In this document: positions 31,678 to 40,896 of the stretch, one piece after another
Layout of the letters: the number at the start of each line of letters is the position of its first letter
Numbering within the stretch: position 1 is the stretch's first letter
Source of the DNA: an uncultured SAR86 cluster bacterium
GTDB lineage: Bacteria > Pseudomonadota > Gammaproteobacteria > Magnimaribacterales > D2472
Assembly: GCA_902586925.1 (NCBI GenBank)
Contig: CACIJE010000001.1
Span: 671,666 to 735,665, forward strand
Direction: 5' to 3'
Length of the DNA: 64,000 nucleotides
Notes under the pieces: model-generated
Database searches by the model: none
Told to the model about the DNA's origin: nothing
The model's input: the letters and a program-made list of their open reading frames with translations, nothing else
Made by a program: the position numbers and the translations under genes

Positions 31678-31764
31678 AGATACAGATGGACTTTTTTCCT
31701 TGGATGCTATTAATACTATTTATTTTTTTTATTGTTGATGATGTTTTATAGGAGTAAAAATATT

Positions 31765-31971
31765 ATGAAAAGAATTACATTAAAAGAATATATTGAATTT
31801 ATTGGTCAAAAAAATGCAGCGGTGATTTTTGATTGTTCTGAAGCGGCATGCAAAGCTTGGAGATACGGATATAGACAACCAACAATAAACCAAGCAAAAA
31901 AAATCATTATCGCAACTAAAGGGTCGCTCAATTATGACTCAATTTATGGTCCAGTAACTGAACATAGATAA
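31765..31971 (+). CDS. Cro/YdaS-like phage-type HTH DNA-binding protein
   Basis: 68 aa from the ATG at 31765, which is preceded by AGGAG at 31750-31754. The sequence ITLKEYIEFIGQKNAAVIFDCSEAACKAWRYGYRQPTINQAKKIIIATKGSLNYDSIY fits the YdaS/Cro pattern (G...aA..lgvs..av..W..g.R.P...a..Ie.aT.G.v). Confidence 0.55.
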   Translation: MKRITLKEYIEFIGQKNAAVIFDCSEAACKAWRYGYRQPTINQAKKIIIATKGSLNYDSIYGPVTEHR

Positions 31972-31973
31972 TA

Positions 31974-32351
31974 TTGATGAAAAAAAAGGATCTACATTTA
32001 ATTGGGGTGGAGCAAGAGCTAATAGATAGACTTTTTTTATTTAAAAAACAGATAAAAGAACTTAAAAATATTATTGATAGTCATAAAAATGAAGTATGCA
32101 AGTATAAAAAAGATAAACCTGAAAAAAAAGATTACCAATTATCAAATGGAACCTTATCCTTTTTACAGTATAAAAAAATAAAATTAACGAATGAAATTAT
32201 AGATCTACTAGAATCTGAAAGTGTAATGGCAGAATGTAACTTATTATATAGATTGAACTGGATAAAAGATCTTCAAGAACACGTTCATTATCTAGAAAAT
32301 CAAAAGAACCTAAAAGAACAAAAAATATACTCTCTTTCTAAAATATTCTAA
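31974..32351 (+). CDS. Hypothetical 125-aa Lys/Glu-rich coiled-coil protein (islet gene 6)
   Basis: The ORF starts 2 nt after the Cro-like gene. Its stop codon overlaps the convergent selO stop. No family was recognised. Confidence 0.45.
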   Translation: MMKKKDLHLIGVEQELIDRLFLFKKQIKELKNIIDSHKNEVCKYKKDKPEKKDYQLSNGTLSFLQYKKIKLTNEIIDLLESESVMAECNLLYRLNWIKDLQEHVHYLENQKNLKEQKIYSLSKIF

Positions 32352-33787
32352 GTACCACAATAGGTAACATATGGTTCATTCGAGGATGAGGGCGTTGCGT
32401 ATTTTTCATATTCATCTTTTTCTATAAAAGGATCTTTTAGTAACTCAGCAATCAAATTAATTTCTTTCATGTCTCCATTAACAGCATTTATAAGCGCATC
32501 TTCAACAATATGATTTCTAGGTATGTAACAAGGATTTTTTAAATTCATTTGGTTAGAAACATTTGCAACATTAATCTCTTTTTCCCAGGATTTGTACCAT
32601 ACTGAAAAATCTTTAGATTTATTAAAAACTGAATCTTCAATAGTAAGTGATTGATCAATAATTTTTGCAAGATTTCTAAATGACAACGTAAAGTCTATTG
32701 ATTCAGAATGTAATATTTTTAAATAGTCATCAATTATTTTTGAATTATCATTATCAATATTTTGAAGGCCTAATTTTTCACCAAATTCTTTGTAGAAATA
32801 TTCTTGATATGACGGCATTGCAAGTTGAAGAACTTCTGTGAGTTTTTTTACTGAAATCTCTTCATCTTCATCAACTAATGGTATGAGTGTTTCAGCAAAT
32901 TTTGCCAGATTCCATATTACTATTGCTGGTTGGTTTTGATATGAGTATCTTCCGTTATGATCAATCGAGCTAAATACTGTTTTTGGATCATAAGTATTCA
33001 TGAATGCACAAGGACCATAGTCAATAGTTTCACCAGAAATCGTCATGTTATCAGTATTCATAACTCCATGAACAAATCCAAGACCCATCCATTTTGATAT
33101 CAATGAAGCCTGCTTATCACAAACAGCTGCAAAAAAACTTAGATATTTGTTTTCGGTTTGCTCTAAATCTGGATAGTGCCTATCGATAGAGTAATCGGCA
33201 AGTGTTTTAAGTACTTTATTATTTTTTGTTCTTGCATATTCAAATGTACCAATTCTGATATGACTTTTTGCGACCCTGGTTAAAATTCCACCTGGAAGTA
33301 CTGTTTCTCTTAAGACATCTTCATTTGTTTTTAATGCAAAAAGAGACCTTGTTGTTGGTATTTTTAATGCATGCATAAATTCACTTATTACATACTCTCT
33401 CAACACTGGACTTAAAGCTGACCTGCCATCACCTCTTCTAGAATATGGCGTTTGACCAATTCCTTTTAATTGAATATCCATCTTATTAATTTCACCTAAT
33501 AAAATTGCTCTTCCATCACCAAGTTGAGGATTAAAGTGACCAAATTGATGACCAGAGTAGGCTTGAGCAATTGGTATTGAGTTTTGCAGTAGTTTATTCC
33601 CAGCAAATATATCTAGACAGTCACTGGAGTCTACATAGTCTTTATCAAAACCTAGTTCTTCGGCAAGAGAATAATTTTTTAAAATCATCTCAGCATGTTT
33701 AAAACCTTTTGGAGGACATTTTTCTGAAATTTCATGAAGTTCTTCAGCATAAGAGTTCATAATATTTAGGTTTTTGATATTTTCCAC
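32348..33787 (-). CDS. selO: Protein adenylyltransferase SelO (YdiU family pseudokinase-fold AMPylase)
   Basis: 479 aa, with AQAYSGHQFGHFNPQLGDGRAILLGE, HGVMNTDNMTISGETIDYGP and other SelO hallmarks. Confidence 0.9.
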   Translation of the reverse strand: MENIKNLNIMNSYAEELHEISEKCPPKGFKHAEMILKNYSLAEELGFDKDYVDSSDCLDIFAGNKLLQNSIPIAQAYSGHQFGHFNPQLGDGRAILLGEINKMDIQLKGIGQTPYSRRGDGRSALSPVLREYVISEFMHALKIPTTRSLFALKTNEDVLRETVLPGGILTRVAKSHIRIGTFEYARTKNNKVLKTLADYSIDRHYPDLEQTENKYLSFFAAVCDKQASLISKWMGLGFVHGVMNTDNMTISGETIDYGPCAFMNTYDPKTVFSSIDHNGRYSYQNQPAIVIWNLAKFAETLIPLVDEDEEISVKKLTEVLQLAMPSYQEYFYKEFGEKLGLQNIDNDNSKIIDDYLKILHSESIDFTLSFRNLAKIIDQSLTIEDSVFNKSKDFSVWYKSWEKEINVANVSNQMNLKNPCYIPRNHIVEDALINAVNGDMKEINLIAELLKDPFIEKDEYEKYATPSSSNEPYVTYCGT

Positions 33788-33794
33788 TTTTATC

Positions 33795-34460
33795 TTAATC
33801 GATAAATTTCACAAAAGATTCTAAATTTTCTCTTCTTGTTCTGTATTGATTTATTGGATGATTTTCATCTTCATAACCAATAGCAACACCACACCAAACA
33901 ATTTCATTGTCTGGATGGTTAATATGTTTTTTTACAGTTTTAGGATAAATTGACCAAGATTCTTGAAGACAAAGACCTAAGCCAAAGTGAATAGCACTTA
34001 ACCATAGATTTTCTAGGAACATGCCAACATGCCCCCATCCATTACTTCCAAATGATCTATCTATAGTTATTATCATTCCAATGGGAGCCCCAAAAAAATT
34101 GTAGTTTTCTTTAATTTGTTTAAAACGAGAATCAAGATCATCCTTTTCAATTGATAAAGCATTGTACATATCCGCACCACATTCATATCTTCTTTTTTTG
34201 TATTCATCTGCAAGAGGTTTTGGATAAATGTCATATTCAATTTCTTCTTGAACTCCAGTGTCAAAATTTTGAAGCGTTTCTTTTGCTAAATTATTTTTTG
34301 CTTGTTCATTAAGAACATAAACTTTCCAAGGCTGTATATTTCCTCCTGAGGGTGCTGCATTAGCAGTTTTTAGAATTTCACTTATCAATTTCATATCAGG
34401 AACTTCTTTTGTAAAAGCTCTCACAGAAAATCGTTTTTCAATACCTTCTTTTATATTCAT
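33795..34460 (-). CDS. Nitroreductase-family flavoprotein
   Basis: 221 aa, with an N-terminal RFSVRAFT motif and APSGGNIQPW, typical of the NfsA/NfsB-like nitroreductase fold. Confidence 0.8.
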   Translation of the reverse strand: MNIKEGIEKRFSVRAFTKEVPDMKLISEILKTANAAPSGGNIQPWKVYVLNEQAKNNLAKETLQNFDTGVQEEIEYDIYPKPLADEYKKRRYECGADMYNALSIEKDDLDSRFKQIKENYNFFGAPIGMIITIDRSFGSNGWGHVGMFLENLWLSAIHFGLGLCLQESWSIYPKTVKKHINHPDNEIVWCGVAIGYEDENHPINQYRTRRENLESFVKFID

Positions 34461-34527
34461 TATTTTGTTATCAAATTTTGTCGGTTCTTATATAATTTAT
34501 AACAAACATCTTAAGGGAGCAATTTAT

Positions 34528-36144
34528 ATGATTGGAGATATGCAAAATTGGAGGCCTAATGTAGCTGGTATTATCGAGCATGCGAGGTCAATGCACCCAA
34601 ATACTGAAGTTGTTAGCAGACTTGTATCTGGTGAAATACATAAAACAAATTATGAAGAGGTCTGTATAAGATCTAGGAAATTAGCTTCAGCACTTGAAAA
34701 AGATGGCATTAAAAAAGGTGATGTAGTTGCGACATTGGCATTAAATACTTATAGACATCTTGAAATGTACTATGGAATTTCTGGAATGGGAGCAATTACT
34801 CATACTTTAAATTTTAGATTACATCCAGAGCAAGCTGTCTACATCATTAATCATGCTGAAGATAAGATGATTTTTGTTGAATTGCCTTTTGTACCTATCC
34901 TTGAAGGACTTCAAGATAATCTTAGCACTGTGAAAAAATACGTTTTCTTGTGCAATGAAGATGAAATGCCAGAAACCTCATTAAAGAATGCTTTATCTTA
35001 TGAAGAATACATTAAAAATGGTGATGAAAATTATTCATGGCCTGACATGGATGATGATGCAGCCTGTGCACTGTGTTATACATCTGGAACAACGGGTAAT
35101 CCAAAAGGTGTATTGTACAGCCACAAATCAAATATTCTCCATGCTCAAGTTGCGTTAACCGCAATGACAATTCAAGCAGATGATTCAATATTAATGGTAG
35201 TTCCATTGTTTCACGTTTTGGCATGGGGAATTCCATATTTTGGTCCTATGAATGGAAATAAACTTGTTATGCCAGGCATGCAAATGGAAGGCGAGCATCT
35301 TTATGAACTTATTGATAAAGAAGATGTAACCCTTGCTTTCGGAGTTCCTACCATATGGATGGGTCTATTAGCATACTGTAGAGATAATAATAAGATTTTA
35401 AATTCAGTAAAAAATACAATTATTGGAGGGTCAGCATTATCTTTATCAACATTACAAGAGTTTGATGCAGTTCATGATGTAAATGTAATACATGCCTGGG
35501 GGATGACTGAAATGAGTCCAATGGGCACCACAAATATACCAACTCCAGCTATGAAAAATATGTCTAAAGATGAAAAATATTCTGTTCAATTAAAACAGGG
35601 AAGGCCAATATATGGTGTTGAATTAAAGGTTGTTGATGATAAGGGTAATGAATTACCTAAAGATGGAGAGTCGCAAGGACATTTAATGGTAAGAGGCCCC
35701 TGGATCCTTCAAAAATACTTTAAATCAGATGAGGACGCAGTGGATGCAGATGGTTGGTTTGACACTGGAGACATATCCGTTCTTGATGAAGATGGATATA
35801 TGACTATAAAAGATAGGGCAAAAGATGTTATTAAATCTGGTGGTGAATGGATCAGTTCTATTGATCTTGAAAATGCTGCATTTGGACATCCAGAAGTTGC
35901 AGAAGCATGTGTTGTTGGCATTCCTCATCCAAAATGGGATGAAAGGCCAATGTTATTTATTGTTACAAACTCTGGAGAACCAATTGAAAAAGATAGCATT
36001 ATTGAATTTTTAAGTGACAAAGTTGCAAAGTGGTGGTTACCTGACGAAATTATATTTTTAAAAGAATTGCCTCATGGTGCTACTGGAAAACTTCAAAAAT
36101 TTGAACTCAGAGAAGAATACAGCAACCATTATATGGAGAAATAA
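34528..36144 (+). CDS. AMP-dependent acyl-CoA synthetase/ligase (fatty-acid-CoA ligase family)
   Basis: It has AMP-binding motif [25 protein letters not shown] and a C-terminal GK (ATGKLQK). I prefer the ATG at 34528 (SD AAGGGAG at 34512-34518) over the track start 34465. Confidence 0.88.
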   Translation: MIGDMQNWRPNVAGIIEHARSMHPNTEVVSRLVSGEIHKTNYEEVCIRSRKLASALEKDGIKKGDVVATLALNTYRHLEMYYGISGMGAITHTLNFRLHPEQAVYIINHAEDKMIFVELPFVPILEGLQDNLSTVKKYVFLCNEDEMPETSLKNALSYEEYIKNGDENYSWPDMDDDAACALCYTSGTTGNPKGVLYSHKSNILHAQVALTAMTIQADDSILMVVPLFHVLAWGIPYFGPMNGNKLVMPGMQMEGEHLYELIDKEDVTLAFGVPTIWMGLLAYCRDNNKILNSVKNTIIGGSALSLSTLQEFDAVHDVNVIHAWGMTEMSPMGTTNIPTPAMKNMSKDEKYSVQLKQGRPIYGVELKVVDDKGNELPKDGESQGHLMVRGPWILQKYFKSDEDAVDADGWFDTGDISVLDEDGYMTIKDRAKDVIKSGGEWISSIDLENAAFGHPEVAEACVVGIPHPKWDERPMLFIVTNSGEPIEKDSIIEFLSDKVAKWWLPDEIIFLKELPHGATGKLQKFELREEYSNHYMEK

Positions 36145-36145
36145 T

Positions 36146-36607
36146 ATGTTTAAAATTGTGAAACCATCAGAAATTGATACAGTAATTGGAACGGAGGTTG
36201 GAGTATCAGATTGGGTCACAATTGATCAAGAACGTATTGATAAATTTGCTGATGCCACTATGGATCATCAGTTTATTCATGTAGATCCGGAAAAAGCTAC
36301 CCCAGTATTTGGCTCTACTATTGCACATGGATTTCTTTCACTCTCTATGGTTGCTGGAATACCATTTGAACAAGAAATAGGTATGGTTCTAGATGGCACA
36401 AAGATGGGATTGAACTATGGATTAGATAAAGTAAGATTTCTCAGTCCTGTACCAGTTAATTCTGAAGTAAGAATTAGAATGAAGTGTATTGATGTGACTG
36501 AAAAGAATCCAGGCCAATATCTTGCAAAGACTGAGGTAACAATGGAAATAAAGGGTATTGAGAAGCCAGCATTTGTTGCTGAGACCCTTAGTATGTTTAT
36601 TGTTTAA
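36146..36607 (+). CDS. MaoC-like (R)-hydratase / hot-dog fold protein
   Basis: 153 aa from the ATG at 36146, 1 nt after the ligase stop. Features include DQERIDKFADATMDHQFIHVDPEKA and GSTIAHGFLSLS, typical of MaoC dehydratase. Confidence 0.82.
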   Translation: MFKIVKPSEIDTVIGTEVGVSDWVTIDQERIDKFADATMDHQFIHVDPEKATPVFGSTIAHGFLSLSMVAGIPFEQEIGMVLDGTKMGLNYGLDKVRFLSPVPVNSEVRIRMKCIDVTEKNPGQYLAKTEVTMEIKGIEKPAFVAETLSMFIV

Positions 36608-38031
36608 CCTAATATTTTTTTAAGAATTTCGTTAACGCTTTTTGGATTAGCTTTTCCCTGTGTTTCCTTCATTACTTGTCCAACAAAGAAACCAAATAAT
36701 TTTTCTTTACCTCCTTTGTATGCTTCAACCTGATTTGGGTTTGAGCCTACAATCTTATTAGCTATTTCTTCAAGCAATGATTCGTCCTGAATTTGAACTA
36801 GACCTTTTGATTCAATTATATTGTCAACGTCAGAACCACTTTTCCATATTTCCTCAAGAACTGATTTAGCGATTTTTCCAGAAATAGTATTATCTGTGAT
36901 TCTCTCAATTAACTTTCCAAAATTTTCTGGAGACAAATTTGATTCGTCAATTTCAATATTATCTTTATTAAGCAAAGCACTAACGTCACCAACCAGCCAT
37001 TTAGCTACCAACTTAGTGTCATCTGTTTTTCTTGAAGCACCTTCAAACATGTTAGCCATTGTTTTAGACGAAGATATAATTTTTGCTTCGGACTCCTCAA
37101 GCCCAATTTCAGAAATATACCTATGTTCTTTTTGTTCTGGAAGCTCAGGAAGACTATCTTTTATTTCTTTTAACTCCTTGTCTGAAATTACCACTGGCAG
37201 AAGATCTGGACAAGGAAAGTATCTATAATCGTTTGCTTCTTCTTTGGACCGCATTGATCTAGTTTCATTTTTTTCACTATCATATAATCTTGTCTCTTGA
37301 ACAACAGATTCACCGTTTTCAATTACTCTAATTTGACGCTCTATTTCATAATTAATAGCTTTTTCTATAAATTTAAAAGAATTAATATTCTTTAGCTCAG
37401 CTCTTGTTCCTAACTCTTTATCACCACTTTTTTTAATAGAAACATTCACATCACATCTCATAGACCCTTGCGCCATATTTCCATCACATATATCTAAAAA
37501 AGTTACCAACTGTTTTACTGCTTTAAAATAAGCAACTGCTTCTTTTGCACTTGAAATCTCTGGCTCAGAAACAATTTCAAGAAGGGGTGTTCCAGCCCTA
37601 TTAAGATCTACACCAGTTTCTCCTTCAAACAAATCATGAATTGATTTACCTGCATCCTCTTCAAGATGAGCTCTTGTTATATTTATTATTTTTTCACCAT
37701 TGTCTGTTGAGACTTTTATTGAGCCCTTTTCAACTATTGGTTTCGTCATTTGGGTTATTTGATAGCCTTTTGGCAAATCAGGATAGAAATAATTCTTTCT
37801 ATCAAATGACGAAACTTGGTTTATCTCGGCACCAGTTGCAAGACCAAATCTAATTGCTTTGTAAAAAGCTTCTTTATTAGCAACAGGAAGAACACCAGGT
37901 AATCCCATATCAACTAAATCAACATGTGTATTAGATTCTGCACCAAATTCAGTAGAACCACCTGAAAATAATTTAGATTTTGTTGAAAGTTGTGCATGTA
38001 TCTCTAAACCAATTACTGTTTCCCAGCTCAT
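36604..38031 (-). CDS. gatB: Asp/Glu-tRNA(Asn/Gln) amidotransferase subunit B
   Basis: 475 aa, with WETVIGLEIHAQL, MRCDVNVS and a C-terminal YqeY-like domain. It sits in the gatCAB order. Confidence 0.95.
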   Translation of the reverse strand: MSWETVIGLEIHAQLSTKSKLFSGGSTEFGAESNTHVDLVDMGLPGVLPVANKEAFYKAIRFGLATGAEINQVSSFDRKNYFYPDLPKGYQITQMTKPIVEKGSIKVSTDNGEKIINITRAHLEEDAGKSIHDLFEGETGVDLNRAGTPLLEIVSEPEISSAKEAVAYFKAVKQLVTFLDICDGNMAQGSMRCDVNVSIKKSGDKELGTRAELKNINSFKFIEKAINYEIERQIRVIENGESVVQETRLYDSEKNETRSMRSKEEANDYRYFPCPDLLPVVISDKELKEIKDSLPELPEQKEHRYISEIGLEESEAKIISSSKTMANMFEGASRKTDDTKLVAKWLVGDVSALLNKDNIEIDESNLSPENFGKLIERITDNTISGKIAKSVLEEIWKSGSDVDNIIESKGLVQIQDESLLEEIANKIVGSNPNQVEAYKGGKEKLFGFFVGQVMKETQGKANPKSVNEILKKILG

Positions 38032-39479
38032 TGTTTTAATCCCTCAGGTGTATACATATGCCAATTCGTTTTAGTTTGATACATATGACCAAAATTCAAG
38101 ATCGTACTTTCTTTAAGAAAATTTCCAATTATTTGAAGTCCAATAGGTTTATTATCAATACTTCCGTTAGGCAAAGACATTGCTGGCAATCCAGCAAGAT
38201 TAGCAGAAATAGTAAATAAATCTTCTAAATACATTTGAATTGGATCACTACCTTTTGAACCCATTTCAAAAGCAGGACCTCTTGTTGTTGGGGTCATGAT
38301 TACATCCACATTAGAAAATGCTTCATCAAAGTCTTTTTTAATAAGTCTTCTGACTTGTTGAGCCTTTTTATAATAAGCATCATAATATCCAGCAGAAAGA
38401 ACGTATGATCCTATTAAAATTCTTCTCTTAACCTCATCACCAAAACCTTCTGTTCTAGTTTGAATATAAAGCTCTTCAAGATCTTTTGGATTTTCAGACC
38501 TTCTTCCAAATTTTACTCCATCAAACCTTGATAAATTTGAGGAACATTCTGCAGGTGCAACAACATAATATGTTGGAACTGATAAAGAAAGATTTGGTAG
38601 GGAAATATCTACTAACTCAGCACCAAGAGAAACATATTCTTTAAGAGAATTCTCATATACTTTAAGAACACTATTATCCAAACTTGATAAATCAAGATCT
38701 TTTACAACCCCAATTTTTCTTCCATTCAATGATTGATTTAAATTTTCTTCAAAATTTGGAATATCTTCATCTAGGGAGGTTGTATCTTTATTATCATGAG
38801 AGCACATCTCATTCAGAAGCATTGCACAATCTTCAACAGTTCTTGCCATAGGTCCGGCTTGGTCTAAGCTAGATGCGAAAGCAATCATTCCCCATCTTGA
38901 TACTCTTCCATAAGTTGGCTTAATTCCTGTTATTCCACATAATGAAGCTGGTTGTCTAATTGATCCTCCTGTATCTGTTCCTGATGCAGCAGGTACTATC
39001 CCAGCGGCAACTGCAGAAGCAGATCCTCCAGAACTGCCGCCAGGGACCAACTTATCACCCCATGGATTATGCACATTACCGAAATAACTGGTTTCATTTG
39101 AGGAGCCCATTGCAAATTCGTCCATATTTGTTTTTCCAATAGATATACAATCTGCATTTTCAAGATTTTCAATCACCGTCGCTGAATAGGGTGGAACAAA
39201 ATTATCAAGAATTTTTGAACCACATGTTGTTCTTAGTCCTTTTGTACAAAACAGATCTTTTTGTGCAATTGGAATACCTGCTAAGGAACAATCTGATGGG
39301 TTGTTGTCTAGATCTTGTGCTTTTTTAATTGAACTTTCTTCATTTAACGTTACAAAGGCATTTAAATGTGAATTTTCATTAATTAGTCTATAAACCTCTT
39401 GAACAACCTCTTTATTTGATATCTCTTTTTCAGATATCATTTTTTTGATTTCTTTTATTGTTTTATACTTTATCGTCAC
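38028..39479 (-). CDS. gatA: Glutamyl-tRNA(Gln) amidotransferase subunit A
   Basis: 483 aa, with the amidase signature GGSSGGSASAVAAG and a Ser-cisSer-Lys context (GTDTGGSIRQPA). Confidence 0.95.
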   Translation of the reverse strand: MTIKYKTIKEIKKMISEKEISNKEVVQEVYRLINENSHLNAFVTLNEESSIKKAQDLDNNPSDCSLAGIPIAQKDLFCTKGLRTTCGSKILDNFVPPYSATVIENLENADCISIGKTNMDEFAMGSSNETSYFGNVHNPWGDKLVPGGSSGGSASAVAAGIVPAASGTDTGGSIRQPASLCGITGIKPTYGRVSRWGMIAFASSLDQAGPMARTVEDCAMLLNEMCSHDNKDTTSLDEDIPNFEENLNQSLNGRKIGVVKDLDLSSLDNSVLKVYENSLKEYVSLGAELVDISLPNLSLSVPTYYVVAPAECSSNLSRFDGVKFGRRSENPKDLEELYIQTRTEGFGDEVKRRILIGSYVLSAGYYDAYYKKAQQVRRLIKKDFDEAFSNVDVIMTPTTRGPAFEMGSKGSDPIQMYLEDLFTISANLAGLPAMSLPNGSIDNKPIGLQIIGNFLKESTILNFGHMYQTKTNWHMYTPEGLKQ

Positions 39480-39757
39480 TCAACAACCCTTGGCACTAAA
39501 AAGTAATCTTCATTAGAAGAGGGAGCGATTTCAAGCAATTCTTCCTTTAAATTATTTGCCGTAACCTTGTCATCTCTTGTTTTTGCAGTTTTTTCTAGAG
39601 GATTTGTTAGTGGTTCTATGTCAGATGTATTAACTTCTTCTAGTTGATTAACAAATTGAATGATATTCTTTAAATCATTTGTTATTTTTTCTTCTTTTTC
39701 ACCGTCTAATTTGAGTCTTGATAAGTAAGATATCGTTGTAACTGTTTTCTTGTCCAT
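39476..39757 (-). CDS. gatC: Glutamyl-tRNA(Gln) amidotransferase subunit C
   Basis: 93 aa, overlapping gatA by 4 nt. It has the typical GatC pattern (LSRL.L...E........I..FV.QL.EV.T..IEP). Confidence 0.85.
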   Translation of the reverse strand: MDKKTVTTISYLSRLKLDGEKEEKITNDLKNIIQFVNQLEEVNTSDIEPLTNPLEKTAKTRDDKVTANNLKEELLEIAPSSNEDYFLVPRVVE

Positions 39758-39862
39758 ATATAGGATATTATTATAAAGCTTAGTGTGGGGATATTAACCT
39801 AACTAAGAAATTAATTAAATTAATTTATTTTGGGATGGCGTGTGAAATTTAACTTATTCAAA

Positions 39863-40891
39863 ATGATTGGCGGTTACTTCTCGAATGATTTGTCTATCGA
39901 TTTAGGTACAGCAAACACTCTTATTTACACAAAAGATGTTGGTATAGTGCTAAATGAACCCTCAGTGGTAGCAATTCGGGAAAGTCGTGGTCAAAAAACT
40001 GTTGTTGCTGTTGGTACCGAGGCAAAGAAAATGCTCGGAAGAACTCCTGGAAATATTAAGGCCATACGACCACTTTCTGAAGGTGTGATTGCTGATTTCC
40101 AGGTTACGGAAAAAATGTTGCAACACTTTATAGCAAAGGTTCACGAAAAACTGTTTATAAAGCCAAGTCCACGAGTGCTTGTTTGTGTACCATGCAGATC
40201 AACGCAAGTTGAAAGAAGGGCAATAAGAGAGTCCGTACTTGGTGCAGGTGCGAGAGATGTAAAGTTAATTGAAGAACCAATGGCAGCTGCAATTGGTGCA
40301 GGCCTTCCTGTTGAAGAAGCATCTGGAAACATGGTTGTTGATATAGGAGGCGGCACTTCAGAAATCGCAATTTTGTCTTTAAATGGAGTTGTTTATTCTG
40401 AATCTGTAAAAATTGGTGGTGATAAGATGGACGAGTCAATAACATCATGGATTAGAAGAAATTATGGATGTGTTATAGGAGAATCATCAGCTGAAAAAAT
40501 CAAATATACAATTGGTTGTGCTACACCTGATTCTGAAAAATTAGAAATGTCTATAACAGGAAGAAATTTAGCAGAAGGTATCCCAGAAACTTTTACAATT
40601 AATAGCGAGCAAATTTATGAGGCAATGAAAGATCCATTATATGGCATGGTAAGAGCTATTAGGAATGCTTTGGAGTTGTCTCCTCCAGAATTAGCAGCCG
40701 ATATTGCTGAGAGAGGTATCGTTCTAACAGGCGGTGGAGCTCTTCTTAGAGATCTTGATAAATTAATTTCAAGCTCAACAGGAATTCCAGTAATTGTTGC
40801 TGAAGATCCATTGACATGTGTAGCTAGAGGAGGCGGTCAAGCACTAGAAATAATGGACAAATATAATATTGATCTTTTATCATCTGAGTAG
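39863..40891 (+). CDS. mreB: Rod shape-determining actin homolog MreB
   Basis: The N-terminus [17 protein letters not shown] matches E. coli MreB, and phosphate-binding loops are present ([23 protein letters not shown]). I prefer the ATG at 39863; the track uses TTG at 39830. Confidence 0.95.
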   Translation: MIGGYFSNDLSIDLGTANTLIYTKDVGIVLNEPSVVAIRESRGQKTVVAVGTEAKKMLGRTPGNIKAIRPLSEGVIADFQVTEKMLQHFIAKVHEKLFIKPSPRVLVCVPCRSTQVERRAIRESVLGAGARDVKLIEEPMAAAIGAGLPVEEASGNMVVDIGGGTSEIAILSLNGVVYSESVKIGGDKMDESITSWIRRNYGCVIGESSAEKIKYTIGCATPDSEKLEMSITGRNLAEGIPETFTINSEQIYEAMKDPLYGMVRAIRNALELSPPELAADIAERGIVLTGGGALLRDLDKLISSSTGIPVIVAEDPLTCVARGGGQALEIMDKYNIDLLSSE

Positions 40892-40896
40892 TAGAT

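Noticed and set aside
28020-32360. Possible att sites, integrase or IS elements bounding the islet
   Set aside because: Both junctions are stop-to-stop contacts with core genes (1-nt gap and a 4-nt overlap). I could find no direct repeats, no tRNA target and no recombinase ORF, so I do not call a mobile element.
34465-34527. Upstream extensions of the acyl-CoA ligase ORF (start 34465) and of the MaoC ORF (start 36074)
   Set aside because: Internal ATGs at 34528 (with an AAGGGAG SD) and at 36146 (1 nt after the ligase stop) give proteins matching family N-termini. The MaoC extension would overlap the ligase by 71 nt.
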